A DNA stretch of 38,968 nt, from NCBI GenBank assembly GCA_037440465.1, contig JBBIUB010000012.1:1-38968 (forward strand), given 5' to 3'. Below, piece by piece: positions 8,935-18,425 of the stretch (positions are counted from its first letter, which is position 1; every line of letters starts with the position of its first letter). The DNA comes from Coprothermobacterota bacterium (lineage in GTDB: Bacteria > Coprothermobacterota > HKB111). The translations under genes and the position numbers were made by a program. Below the pieces are notes generated by a model. That model was not told the DNA's origin and did no database searches. It saw only the letters and a program-made list of their open reading frames with translations.

Positions 8935-9945
8935 TTGGAAGATAAGATTTTATCTCCTTGGGCGGCGAGGAGTCGTCAAGCTAAGAGACTTTTTCCTGAA
9001 GAAGAATGTGTGCTCCGAACCGCTTACCAGAGGGATAGAGACAGAATTATTCATAGTAAATCTTTCCGGAGACTTAAACATAAAACCCAGGTCTTTTTAG
9101 CACCTGAAGGAGATCATTATCGTACCAGACTCACCCATACCTTTGAGGTGATGCAGATTGGAAGAACCATAAGCCGCTCACTTAGGCTCAATGAAGATCT
9201 GACAGAAGCTATTGCTCTGGCTCATGACCTTGGCCACCCCCCCTTCGGTCATGCCGGGGAAGAGGCTCTAAATGAAGCAGTGGGAAAAAGAATTGGCGGC
9301 TGGTTTAGGCACAATGAACAAAGTTTAAGAATTGTTGATTTAATTGAGAAGAGGTTCTCCAGTGAAGGAGATAAGATATCAGGGCTTAACCTAACTTTAG
9401 AGGTTAGAGATGGCATCCTTAGTCATTCAAAAGGTCTTGGACCGATTGAAGGCTTCAGCAAGGCTTCTACACTGGAAGGTGAAGTGGTGAAGGTTGCAGA
9501 CCAGATAGCTTACCTTAATCACGACCTCGACGATGCTATAAGAGCCCAGGTAGTTGTAGAAAAAGATATTCCTATGATAGTAAAAAAGGCTCTTGGAAAT
9601 ACCACTACTGCAAGAATAAAGACACTGGTAGAAGATGTAGTTTTTAACTCCAAAGACAAAGGAGAAATAATATTTTCTCATTCTGTAAGAGAACCCATGG
9701 ATACACTTAAAGATTTTCTGAAAAACTGTCTATATCAACCTACTTCTCTTGCTAAAAAGGAGGAGGAAAAAGCCAGGGGTATGATTTTGAGTCTCTATGA
9801 TTTTCTTATGGAAGCAGAAAGGTTTGTGAATTTTGCTGAAGATGAAAGAAGTCAGGCTGTTGTAGATTTTATTGCAGGAATGACTGACCGTTATGCTCTT
9901 TCCTACTATTCAGAACATTTCTTACCATCTCCCTGGAAAGGTTAA
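8935..9945 (+). CDS. dgt: Deoxyguanosinetriphosphate triphosphohydrolase (HD family)
   Basis: RDRDRIIHSKSFRRLKHKTQV, RTRLTH, AHDLGHPPFGHAGE, DFIAGMTD; TTG start. Confidence 0.95.
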   Translation: MEDKILSPWAARSRQAKRLFPEEECVLRTAYQRDRDRIIHSKSFRRLKHKTQVFLAPEGDHYRTRLTHTFEVMQIGRTISRSLRLNEDLTEAIALAHDLGHPPFGHAGEEALNEAVGKRIGGWFRHNEQSLRIVDLIEKRFSSEGDKISGLNLTLEVRDGILSHSKGLGPIEGFSKASTLEGEVVKVADQIAYLNHDLDDAIRAQVVVEKDIPMIVKKALGNTTTARIKTLVEDVVFNSKDKGEIIFSHSVREPMDTLKDFLKNCLYQPTSLAKKEEEKARGMILSLYDFLMEAERFVNFAEDERSQAVVDFIAGMTDRYALSYYSEHFLPSPWKG

Positions 9946-9955
9946 GTTGTTAATA

Positions 9956-11716
9956 ATGAATGTTGACAGGAATTATCTGGAAAAACTCAGGCAAAAAGCA
10001 GATATAGTAGAAGTCATAAGTTCTTATTTGAAATTAAGGAAATCTGGCAAAAATTATGTAGGACTCTGTCCTTTCCATAATGAAAGAACCCCTTCTTTTA
10101 CAGTGAGTAAAGACCGTGGTCTTTATCACTGCTTTGGTTGTGGAGTAGGTGGAAATGTTTTCACTTTTGTAATGGAGATGGAAAAAATAGCTTTTAACGA
10201 TGCTGCCAGGATGTTGGCTCGTCGCTTCAACATTACCTTTCCTTCATCAGTACCCTCTACTAATAAATTTGAAAAGCTCTTCCAGGCAAATTTAAAAATT
10301 GCATCATTTTATAACGAGATGCTGAAAAAACACTCTCAAGGAAAGGCTGTGCTGGATTACCTTAGTGGAAGGGGAATAAAAGATGAAAGTGTCGAAAAAT
10401 TCCATCTTGGGTACAGCCCCCCTGACTCTATTCTGGCTAAAAAATACACTGCTCATGAGTTAGAACTGGATACTTTGCTGAAGTTGGGGTTGGTGGTACA
10501 GAGAGATACCGGGTTGGAAGATGTTCTACGGGACAGATTAGTCATCCCTATATACGACCATATGGGAAGGATAGTGGGTTTTGCTGGTAGAAGCCTCAGA
10601 GAAGATTTAATGCCCAAATATTTGAATATTGGTGAAACAGCTCTTTTTAAAAAAAGCAAAATTCTTTATGGCCTCTCCCAGGGGAAAAACAGTATATCTA
10701 AAAACAAAAAGGCAATCCTCGTTGAGGGATATTTTGATGTTATATCTCTCCATCAAAGTGGATTTTCATATGCTGTCTCCACTATGGGAACGAGTTTGAC
10801 TTTAGAACAAGTAGACCTTCTAAAAAGATGGGTTGATGAAGTTATTCTTATGTTTGACCTGGATGAAGGAGGAAAAGCAGCCACTATGAGAAGTATAGAT
10901 TTGCTCAAAGGCTTAGATATAAAAGTTAAAGTGCTTTCAGATTACGGAGAGAAAGATCCTGACGAACTTTTAAGAGCTCGCGGCAATGACATTCTAAAAG
11001 AAATGCTAAACCAAACTGTGCCAGCTTATGAATTCATCTGGAAGAATTTTATTGCTCAAAGCGATTTAGGAAGTATTGAGGGTAAGTCTTCTTTTATAAG
11101 AATGGTATCAAATTATCTCGCTGATAGTAAAAATCCTACACTGGTTTCTGAATATATCAGGAGGATGTCTGAAATTACCAGAGTTAAAGAGGAGCTTCTC
11201 TTAAGGGAGTTGGAAAGAATTAAAAGAAAGGGGAGTTCCACTGTTGAATCAATTACACAACTTATTGGGAAGATTAGCGGAAAAGAGAAACTAAGGCAAG
11301 AGATTGAATTGTATCTTCTATCTTTTCTTTTAAAAGATACGGAAAGTTTTTTAAAAATCAGTGAAGGTTTATCTCCAGAAGAGATAACAAATCATCAACT
11401 CAAAGGTATTTTTGAAAAGGTGTTAAAGATTGTTAAGGAAGAGGGTATACTACCTTTAAGTAGTATGAATAAAGTATTTACAGAAGAGGAGATTGCACTA
11501 ACCTCTCGCCTACTTATTGATGATAAGTTTGATTTAGACTTTGTAGAAGTAAAGAATATGATAAGAAAATTTAGGCAGCTAAAGAATGAGGTTGATATAG
11601 AAAATCTGAAAACCCAGATTAAACAAACTGAGGTTAAAAGTGATTTTGAAGAACAGCGGAAGCTTCTTGTTGATTTAAGATACTTAATGGAATTAAACAG
11701 AGAGCTGAAGAAATAA
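9956..11716 (+). CDS. dnaG: DNA primase
   Basis: CPFH...CFGC zinc finger, KYLN, Toprim VEGYFD, FDLDEGG, KDPDE; start placed at ATG 9956 to avoid overlap with dgt. Confidence 0.96.
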   Translation: MNVDRNYLEKLRQKADIVEVISSYLKLRKSGKNYVGLCPFHNERTPSFTVSKDRGLYHCFGCGVGGNVFTFVMEMEKIAFNDAARMLARRFNITFPSSVPSTNKFEKLFQANLKIASFYNEMLKKHSQGKAVLDYLSGRGIKDESVEKFHLGYSPPDSILAKKYTAHELELDTLLKLGLVVQRDTGLEDVLRDRLVIPIYDHMGRIVGFAGRSLREDLMPKYLNIGETALFKKSKILYGLSQGKNSISKNKKAILVEGYFDVISLHQSGFSYAVSTMGTSLTLEQVDLLKRWVDEVILMFDLDEGGKAATMRSIDLLKGLDIKVKVLSDYGEKDPDELLRARGNDILKEMLNQTVPAYEFIWKNFIAQSDLGSIEGKSSFIRMVSNYLADSKNPTLVSEYIRRMSEITRVKEELLLRELERIKRKGSSTVESITQLIGKISGKEKLRQEIELYLLSFLLKDTESFLKISEGLSPEEITNHQLKGIFEKVLKIVKEEGILPLSSMNKVFTEEEIALTSRLLIDDKFDLDFVEVKNMIRKFRQLKNEVDIENLKTQIKQTEVKSDFEEQRKLLVDLRYLMELNRELKK

Positions 11717-11728
11717 TGGCAGGTATCT

Positions 11729-12814
11729 ATGGATAAGGCAGATATTGACTTAAAGGTAGCTCAATTACTGGAGAGAGCCAAAGAGAAAGATGGCCATCTC
11801 ACTTATAATGATTTTATGGATGCTTTTGAATCATCAGAGTTGGATGCAGAGGAGATAGAAGAGATATATGACCTTTTACTTGAAGCCGGAGTAAGATTAG
11901 AAGAAGAATACCCTGATATTGAACCAAGTGTTATTGATGTAGAAGAAATAGTTAAAAAAGAAGTTTATTCGTATGAAGGGTTTGAACAGAGCGATCCTGT
12001 AAAAATGTATCTTGGCGAAATTGGTACAGTATCCCTGTTGACTCCAGAAGAAGAACGAATCCTGGCAGCCAGTATTGCAGAGGGAGATGAAAATTCACGA
12101 AAAAAATTAGTCGAAGCAAATCTTAGACTGGTGGTGAGTATAGCTAAGCGTTATGTAGGAAGAGGTTTGCTTTTCCTGGATTTAATTGAAGAAGGTAATC
12201 TCGGTCTTATCAAGGCTTCAACTAAATTCGACCATCGTAGAGGATATAAATTTAGTACTTATGCCACCTGGTGGATAAGGCAGGCTATTACCCGAGCACT
12301 TGCTGACCAGGGGCGAACCATCCGAATACCCGTTCATATGGTAGAAACCATAAATAGATATCTAAAAATATCCCAACATCTTCTCCAGGAAAAAGGAAGA
12401 ACACCTGAATCCCAGGAAATTGCTGGAGAAATGAGTCTACCGATTACTAAGGTAGAAGGGATACCGAGAATAGCTCAGGAACCCATTTCCATGGAGACTC
12501 CCATAGGAGGAGAAGAAGATAATAGGCTGGGAGATTTTATTGAAGACCCTTCTATTCCATCTCCGGAACTGGAATCTTACAGGGTAGCAATCCGAGAGGG
12601 ATTGCAGGAAATACTCAGGACCCTAAGCGACAGAGAGAGAGAAGTTATTGAATACAGGTTTGGCTTGGCTGATGGTAGGCAGAGGACTCTGGAAGAGGTT
12701 GGGCAGTTTTTTGGCGTGACTCGCGAGAGGATAAGACAGATAGAAACCAAGGCATTACGCAAATTGCGTACGAGAACCCGCAAGATGCGTTTGGAAGACC
12801 TTTTAGAAGAGTAA
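11729..12814 (+). CDS. rpoD: Primary RNA polymerase sigma factor
   Basis: DPVKMYL (region 1.2), [44 protein letters not shown]; follows dnaG. Confidence 0.96.
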   Translation: MDKADIDLKVAQLLERAKEKDGHLTYNDFMDAFESSELDAEEIEEIYDLLLEAGVRLEEEYPDIEPSVIDVEEIVKKEVYSYEGFEQSDPVKMYLGEIGTVSLLTPEEERILAASIAEGDENSRKKLVEANLRLVVSIAKRYVGRGLLFLDLIEEGNLGLIKASTKFDHRRGYKFSTYATWWIRQAITRALADQGRTIRIPVHMVETINRYLKISQHLLQEKGRTPESQEIAGEMSLPITKVEGIPRIAQEPISMETPIGGEEDNRLGDFIEDPSIPSPELESYRVAIREGLQEILRTLSDREREVIEYRFGLADGRQRTLEEVGQFFGVTRERIRQIETKALRKLRTRTRKMRLEDLLEE

Positions 12815-12840
12815 AATAATTCAGAAGCGTCCCTAATTAT

Positions 12841-13737
12841 TTAGATTAAAGGGGGAAGATAGAAAGCCAACCCCATGATGATAACCCAGATGATAACAGA
12901 TACCAGGAGAGGAATATCTTTGAATAATTCTTCTTCGGGCTCTTCTCCTTTGTTTTCTTGTTCTACAATGTAAAGATATCTGAATGCACCAAAAATTACC
13001 GGAACGATACTTAACCATAGAATAAATCTATTTGTTACAGGATTACTGGTAGAAGTAAAAGCATAAAGAGCATATGATGTTATGGTAAGGGTTGCTGAAG
13101 TATAAAGCATACTGTTTATTACACCTTCTGAATAAGACTTGAGAGATAGTCTTCTGGATTTTTCTTTAACCTGTTTTAATTCTCCTTTCCTTTTTGCAAC
13201 TACAATAAACATAGCCAGAGAAAAGGTTACCAGGAGAAGCCAGGGAGAGGGCTCTACCTTCACCAGTATGCTACCAGCTCCAATACGCAGGAGATAACCG
13301 ATGGTTACTGTTAGGACATCTAAAACAGCAATATTCTTTAACCATAGATGATATGACAGAGTTATCAGGAAATAACTTAGAAGAATAAGAAAGAAGAGTA
13401 TGTTTAGAAAAAAAGCCCATGCGGATCCAAATATACTTAATAAAGTAGCTACTGTTATCACCTTAGAAGGAGTAAGTTCTCCCTTTGCTATGGGTCTGTT
13501 TCTTTTCCTGGGATGATTTTTATCTACCTCTCTATCTATAAGGTCATTTATTAGATAAGTACTACTGGCAACAAAAGAGAAAGCTAAAAAACCCTGGATA
13601 CTTATTATTAGAAGTTCAGGATTATCTACCTGTCCAGAGAAAAAAAGTGGAGTAAAGATGAGAAGATTCTTTATCCACTGCTTAAGCCTTAAAGAGCTAA
13701 CGATATTAATCAAATTCCTGTTCTTAGGAGCATTCAT
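12841..13737 (-). CDS. Decaprenyl-phosphate phosphoribosyltransferase-like UbiA-family prenyltransferase
   Basis: RLKQWIKNLL, YLINDLIDREVDKNHPRKRNRPIAKG, KRKGE, FRYLY; multi-pass membrane protein. Confidence 0.88.
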   Translation of the reverse strand: MNAPKNRNLINIVSSLRLKQWIKNLLIFTPLFFSGQVDNPELLIISIQGFLAFSFVASSTYLINDLIDREVDKNHPRKRNRPIAKGELTPSKVITVATLLSIFGSAWAFFLNILFFLILLSYFLITLSYHLWLKNIAVLDVLTVTIGYLLRIGAGSILVKVEPSPWLLLVTFSLAMFIVVAKRKGELKQVKEKSRRLSLKSYSEGVINSMLYTSATLTITSYALYAFTSTSNPVTNRFILWLSIVPVIFGAFRYLYIVEQENKGEEPEEELFKDIPLLVSVIIWVIIMGLAFYLPPLI

Positions 13738-13772
13738 CTTCTATCATCCCCGTCAGTAAGTTTTATTTCACC

Positions 13773-13806
13773 CCCTCCTCCTACCTCATCCCGTTAGGGG
13801 AGGAGA
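13773..13806. repeat. Palindromic intergenic repeat family A, copy 1
   Basis: CCCTCCTCCTACCTCATCCCGTTAGGGGAGGAGA; 31/34 identical to 17041-17074. Confidence 0.8.
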
Positions 13807-13906
13807 GTATATCTGGGGTAGGGTAACATAATATACGTGGTTTATTTTATCATTTAAATATTTATATTTTTAAGAATTAATCAAATCTATATTATTGCCA
13901 TTTCTA

Positions 13907-13935
13907 TTGACACTAAGAAGGATAAAGGGTAATAT
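13907..13935 (+). promoter_or_regulatory. Candidate sigma70 promoter of the fum-mae-hdr-flx-frd-suc cluster
   Basis: TTGACA (13907-13912), 17-nt spacer, TAATAT (13930-13935), AT-rich upstream tract. Confidence 0.6.
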
Positions 13936-14026
13936 TTTATCGCTGTTTTAATTCATATAATGGTTAAAATCAATTTCAGGATTGATTGAATAATAAATTA
14001 AAGTGAAACTAAGGAGGCTTGAGGTT

Positions 14027-14869
14027 ATGCGGGAAATAGGAGCAGTAACTATTACAGAAGTAGTCGCCAGTCTCTGTCAGGAAGCAAATTTCTATTTAGG
14101 AGAAGATGTTCTCTGTTCATTTGAAGAGTCTTTATTAAAAGAAGAATCACCCTTGGGGAAAGATGTTTTTCTTCAACTTCTGGAGAATGCTCGTCTGGCT
14201 AAAGAAGAGAAGATACCTATCTGTCAGGACACCGGCACGGCAGTAATATTTGTTGAATTAGGTCAGGATGTTCACATTGTAGGTGGTGGCTTAAGAGAGG
14301 CCATTGATGCAGGGGTGGCAAAAGGTTACACAGAAGGATATCTCAGGGCATCCATGGTTAGCCATCCCCTTAAACGCAAAAACACAGGTAATAACACCCC
14401 TGCAATTATATATACAGAAGTAGTTCCCGGTGATAAGATAAAAATTACCATAGTCCCTAAGGGTGGTGGAAGCGAGAATATGAGTGCTTTGAAGATGTTA
14501 AAACCCTCCGATGGTGTTCAGGGTGTTAAGGATTTTGTTCTTGACCAAGTTAAACTGGCTGGTTCAAACCCCTGTCCTCCCATAGTGGTTGGAGTTGGTA
14601 TAGGAGGAACCTTTGAACAAGTTGCTCTCCTTGCCAAGAAAGCTCTTTTAAGACCCATCGCTCAGCACAGTTCAGACCCTGATAATGCCAAGCTGGAAGC
14701 AGAACTTCTGGAAAGCATCAACAATACAGGCATTGGTCCGCAGGGTCTGGGTGGTAGAATCACTGCTCTCTGGGTCAATGTGGAAACCTATCCTGCCCAT
14801 ATTGCTTCTTTGCCGGTAGCAGTGAATATAAATTGTCATGCCTGCCGGCATAAAGAAATTGTTATATAG
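14027..14869 (+). CDS. Class I (Fe-S) fumarate hydratase, alpha subunit
   Basis: PICQDTG, KGGGSEN, CPP, HIA, CHACRH motifs; SD AAGGAGG upstream of ATG 14027; context favours fumarase over tartrate dehydratase. Confidence 0.9.
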   Translation: MREIGAVTITEVVASLCQEANFYLGEDVLCSFEESLLKEESPLGKDVFLQLLENARLAKEEKIPICQDTGTAVIFVELGQDVHIVGGGLREAIDAGVAKGYTEGYLRASMVSHPLKRKNTGNNTPAIIYTEVVPGDKIKITIVPKGGGSENMSALKMLKPSDGVQGVKDFVLDQVKLAGSNPCPPIVVGVGIGGTFEQVALLAKKALLRPIAQHSSDPDNAKLEAELLESINNTGIGPQGLGGRITALWVNVETYPAHIASLPVAVNINCHACRHKEIVI

Positions 14870-14886
14870 GATAATAGAAAAATTTA

Positions 14887-15002
14887 AGGATTCGAGGATT
14901 CCAGGATTCGAGGGTTCGAGTGAAAATCATAAAAAATAAATTCTTGGCTGGTCAAATCTTTTACTTGAATCCTTGACCCCTTGACCTCTTGAACCCTCGA
15001 AT
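14887..15002. repeat. Inverted arrays of 8-bp tandem repeats
   Basis: AGGATTCG-AGGATTCC-AGGATTCG-AGGGTTCG-AGTGAAAA (14887-14926) faces TTTTACT-TGAATCCT-TGACCCCT-TGACCTCT-TGAACCCT-CGAAT (14959-15002). Confidence 0.85.
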
Positions 15003-15042
15003 TTTATTAAGAATCAAAATTAAAAAAGGAGGTAATAGGCTA

Positions 15043-15594
15043 ATGGCTGAACACAGGATAAATACACCCCTTACTGAAGATGTAATATCTCTGCTCAGGG
15101 CAGGAGATAAGGTATTTATTACAGGTACCATCTATGCAGCAAGAGATGCTGCTCACAAGAAACTGGTAGATCTTATTGATGAAGGGAAGCCCTTTCCTTT
15201 TGATATTAAAGGGCAGATTGTCTATTATGTTGGACCTTCTCCAGCTAAACCTGGAAATGTCATAGGTGCTGCTGGACCAACCACCAGCGAAAGAATGGAT
15301 GCTTACACACCAATTCTATTGAAGCAAGGTCTTAAAGGTATGATCGGTAAGGGCTATAGGTCAACTGAAGTTAAGAAATCCATTATGGTAGAGAAAGCGG
15401 TCTACTTTGCCACAACAGGTGGAGCAGGGGCTTTATTGGCTAAGGTTATAAAAACGTCCAGAGTAATTGCCTATGAAGAGCTGGGACCTGAAGCTATAAG
15501 AGAATTTCAGGTAGAAGATTTTCCTGCCATTGTTATAAATGATATATATGGTGGTGACCTTTACGAACAGGGAATAAAAGAATATCAACGCTAA
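15043..15594 (+). CDS. Class I (Fe-S) fumarate hydratase, beta subunit
   Basis: ARDAAH, GPTTSERMD, GMIGKG, LGPEA; SD AAGGAGGT before ATG 15043. Confidence 0.92.
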   Translation: MAEHRINTPLTEDVISLLRAGDKVFITGTIYAARDAAHKKLVDLIDEGKPFPFDIKGQIVYYVGPSPAKPGNVIGAAGPTTSERMDAYTPILLKQGLKGMIGKGYRSTEVKKSIMVEKAVYFATTGGAGALLAKVIKTSRVIAYEELGPEAIREFQVEDFPAIVINDIYGGDLYEQGIKEYQR

Positions 15595-15622
15595 GGCGTT
15601 ATAAATAAAAAGGAGGCATTAA

Positions 15623-16969
15623 GTGGATAAGGTTAATGTTGAGGAATTACTGGCTAAGGCAAAAAAGCCAGCTCATGATGCTATGATACTTCATCCCTTC
15701 TATCAGGGAAAGGTTCAAACAGCCTTAAAATGTGCTGTAAGGAGTTTTAACGATTTTGCCATCTGGTACACTCCAGGCGTGGCAGAACCTTGTAAGGCTA
15801 TCAAAGCTGATAAGGAGCAAGCTTACGAGCATACCAATAAAGCCAACACCATTGCAGTAGTCTCTGATGGAACCAGAGTTCTTGGTTTGGGTGACATCGG
15901 TCCTCTGGCTGCTATGCCAGTTATGGAAGGCAAAGCACTTCTATTTAAATATTTAGGCGGTGTAGATGCTGTATCTATCTGCCTTGATACTAAAGACCCT
16001 GAAGAAATCATAAAAGCTGTTAAATGGCTTCAGCCTAACTTTGGAGGAATAAACTTAGAAGATATCTCCCAGCCCAAATGCTTCTATATCCTGGAAAGAT
16101 TACGCCAGGAGATGGATATACCAGTTTGGCATGATGACCAGCAGGGCACAGCCACCGTAGTGGTAGCCGGTATAATAAACGCCCTTAAGGTAGTGAATAA
16201 AGAAATGTCTAAAGCGAACATTACCATATTGGGAGCAGGTGCATCAGGTATCTGCACAGCTCGAGTTCTTATCCTGGCAGGAGCTAACCCTGGTAATATC
16301 ATCTTATGTGATAGCCAGGGAATCCTTCATAAAGGAAGAACTGATCTTCAGAATGATTTCAAAGAGAAGTGGGAGATGTGCCTGAAGAGCAATAAAGAAG
16401 GAAGAACCGGTACCATACCTGAAGCTATGAAGGGTACAGATGTTGTGGTAGGTCTTTCCCGTCCAGGCCCAGGTGTTATTAAAACAGAATGGGTTTCCGA
16501 AATGGCTAAGGATGGTATCATTTTTGCTTGTGCTAACCCTATTCCGGAGATATGGCCCTGGGAAGCTAAAGAAGGGGGTGTTAGGATTATGGCTACAGGA
16601 AGGTCTGACTTCCCCAACCAGGTTAATAACTCTCTCGGTTTCCCGGCTATTTTCAGAGGTGCTCTGGATGTCAGGGCAAAAACAATAAGCGATGAGATGT
16701 GTATTGCTGCTTCCAGAGAACTTGCAAAGTGCGCCGAAGATAAAGGGCTTAATGATGAGTATATTCTACCCCGTATGGACGAGTGGGAAGTCTTTCCTCG
16801 GGTGGCAGTAGCAGTGGCTCTCAAAGCTATTGAACAAAGCTTACACAGAATTGAACTCAGCAAAGAAGAATTATTCAACCGTGCTGCTACTGTTATCAAG
16901 ACCTCTCAGGAAATGACCAATCTTCTTATGAGAGAAGGTATCATTCCTCAAGCTCCTGAAGGGTTGTAG
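15623..16969 (+). CDS. NAD(P)-dependent malic enzyme
   Basis: [55 protein letters not shown]; no PTA domain; GTG start. Confidence 0.95.
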   Translation: MDKVNVEELLAKAKKPAHDAMILHPFYQGKVQTALKCAVRSFNDFAIWYTPGVAEPCKAIKADKEQAYEHTNKANTIAVVSDGTRVLGLGDIGPLAAMPVMEGKALLFKYLGGVDAVSICLDTKDPEEIIKAVKWLQPNFGGINLEDISQPKCFYILERLRQEMDIPVWHDDQQGTATVVVAGIINALKVVNKEMSKANITILGAGASGICTARVLILAGANPGNIILCDSQGILHKGRTDLQNDFKEKWEMCLKSNKEGRTGTIPEAMKGTDVVVGLSRPGPGVIKTEWVSEMAKDGIIFACANPIPEIWPWEAKEGGVRIMATGRSDFPNQVNNSLGFPAIFRGALDVRAKTISDEMCIAASRELAKCAEDKGLNDEYILPRMDEWEVFPRVAVAVALKAIEQSLHRIELSKEELFNRAATVIKTSQEMTNLLMREGIIPQAPEGL

Positions 16970-17040
16970 TTTCTGAATAATGATACCCTCTTTTCTAACC
17001 CCCCTTTATTCCTTTTTTACAAGCACAGACACTTCCTCTA

Positions 17041-17074
17041 CCCTCCTCCTACCTCCTCCCGCAAGGGGAGGAGA
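17041..17074. repeat. Palindromic intergenic repeat family A, copy 2
   Basis: CCCTCCTCCTACCTCCTCCCGCAAGGGGAGGAGA; hairpin CTCCTCCC-GCAA-GGGGAGGAG; 31/34 identical to 13773-13806. Confidence 0.8.
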
Positions 17075-17150
17075 AGGAGAATTAGAAGCGGGGGAGGTTG
17101 GGGTGGGGGGTGTGTCATGAGGGGTTAGTGGAGGTGGCAAAGTCTAATAA

Positions 17151-17549
17151 ATGGAAATTAAGGCTACTCTCATAAGAGATGAATTATATAAGGAGATAGA
17201 GGAGAGAAGCGACCAGAAGATATTAAACTGTTATCAGTGCGGTAAATGTTCTGCTGGCTGTCCAGCTGTGGCTTTCATGAGTCTTCCACCTCACCAGGTT
17301 TTAAGACTTCTTCAAATTGGAAGCAACGAAGAAGTCCTGAGAGCCAACAGCTTCTGGTTTTGTTCCTCCTGTTTTACTTGTGCTTCTCGTTGTCCTCGTT
17401 CCATTGATATATCAAAGGTGATGGAGGCATTAAGATTCCTTCTATACAGAAAAGGAATTACTCCCCTTAGCCAGGATATGCTTGATGAAGAACTGGAAAA
17501 AGATACACCCCAGCAAGCACTGGTAAGTTTGTGGAAAAAGAGTACTTAA
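17151..17549 (+). CDS. hdrC: Heterodisulfide reductase subunit C
   Basis: CYQCGKCSAGCP and CSSCFTCASRCP 4Fe-4S motifs; precedes hdrB and hdrA. Confidence 0.9.
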   Translation: MEIKATLIRDELYKEIEERSDQKILNCYQCGKCSAGCPAVAFMSLPPHQVLRLLQIGSNEEVLRANSFWFCSSCFTCASRCPRSIDISKVMEALRFLLYRKGITPLSQDMLDEELEKDTPQQALVSLWKKST

Positions 17550-17561
17550 AAGGAGTTTAGG

Positions 17562-18425
17562 TTGAAATATTCTTATTTTCCCGGTTGTACCCTTCACGAA
17601 CAAAGTAAAAGTTTTAATCAATCTACTCTTGCTTCAAGTAGTGCTCTGGGTATTGAGTTAGAAGAACTCAAAGACTGGTATTGTTGTGGTGCTGTTTTTC
17701 CTCTTAGAGCTGATGATATTATGTCTCTTCTATCTCCCGTAAGAACTCTAATTGGAGCAAAAAAAGAGGGAAAAGACCTGGTTACCCTATGTGCAGCCTG
17801 TTATCAGGTTCTCAAGAGAACAAACTATCTTATTTTGGAAGATAGAGAGAAACGGGAGAAGATAAATAACTATCTGGAGGAAGATTATAAAGGTGATGTT
17901 AAAGTTCTTCACCTTTTAGAAGTTTTAAGAGATAACCTGGGCTGGTTGGGTTTAAGAGAAAAGGTTAGTCATCCCCTATCCGGACTTAAAGTAGCACCCT
18001 ATTATGGTTGCCTTCTTTTAAGACCTGCTAAAGAAATGACTTTTGACCATCCTGAAAACCCCACCATTTTTGAAGATTTTCTAAAGAGCCTGGGTTGTGA
18101 TGTTCCTGATTTTCCCTACAAAACAGAATGTTGCGGTGCTTACCTGGGGGCTACAGCTAAAGATGTAGTATCTCAAACTGTTTATAATATTCTACATGGT
18201 GCTCAGAAAAGAAAGATTGGAGCATTGATTGTGAGCTGTCCTCTATGTCATTACAATCTTGATTTTTATCAGGGTGAATTAATGAAAGAAAAAAGCGAAC
18301 TCACACCAATACCTATCTTTTATTTTACTCAGCTTTTAGCTTTAGCTTTAGGACTAAGCACAGAAGTATGTCATTTTGAAGAACATCGTATTGACCCCCT
18401 ACCATTTCTTGGAGTAATTAAATGA
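17562..18425 (+). CDS. hdrB: Heterodisulfide reductase subunit B
   Basis: Two complete CCG domains: YFPGC..WYCCG..CAAC and YYGC..ECCG..CPLC; TTG start with AAGGAG. Confidence 0.93.
   Translation: MKYSYFPGCTLHEQSKSFNQSTLASSSALGIELEELKDWYCCGAVFPLRADDIMSLLSPVRTLIGAKKEGKDLVTLCAACYQVLKRTNYLILEDREKREKINNYLEEDYKGDVKVLHLLEVLRDNLGWLGLREKVSHPLSGLKVAPYYGCLLLRPAKEMTFDHPENPTIFEDFLKSLGCDVPDFPYKTECCGAYLGATAKDVVSQTVYNILHGAQKRKIGALIVSCPLCHYNLDFYQGELMKEKSELTPIPIFYFTQLLALALGLSTEVCHFEEHRIDPLPFLGVIK

Noticed and set aside
12815..12840. Bidirectional intrinsic terminator between rpoD and the UbiA-family gene
   Set aside because: Only a weak AT-rich ATAATT/AATTAT pairing, with no GC stem
14887..15002. CRISPR array
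   Set aside because: Units are 8 bp, contiguous, with no unique spacers; no cas1/cas2 in the window
14027..15594. L-tartrate dehydratase ttdAB
   Set aside because: Same family, but the neighbouring malic enzyme, Frd-like pair and sucCD favour fumarase
16348..16899. 183-aa minus-strand ORF and the other antisense or nested ORFs in the track (e.g. 28032-28511, 23295-23639, 19524-19853, 7412-7714)
   Set aside because: Shadows of well-supported genes, with no recognisable motifs
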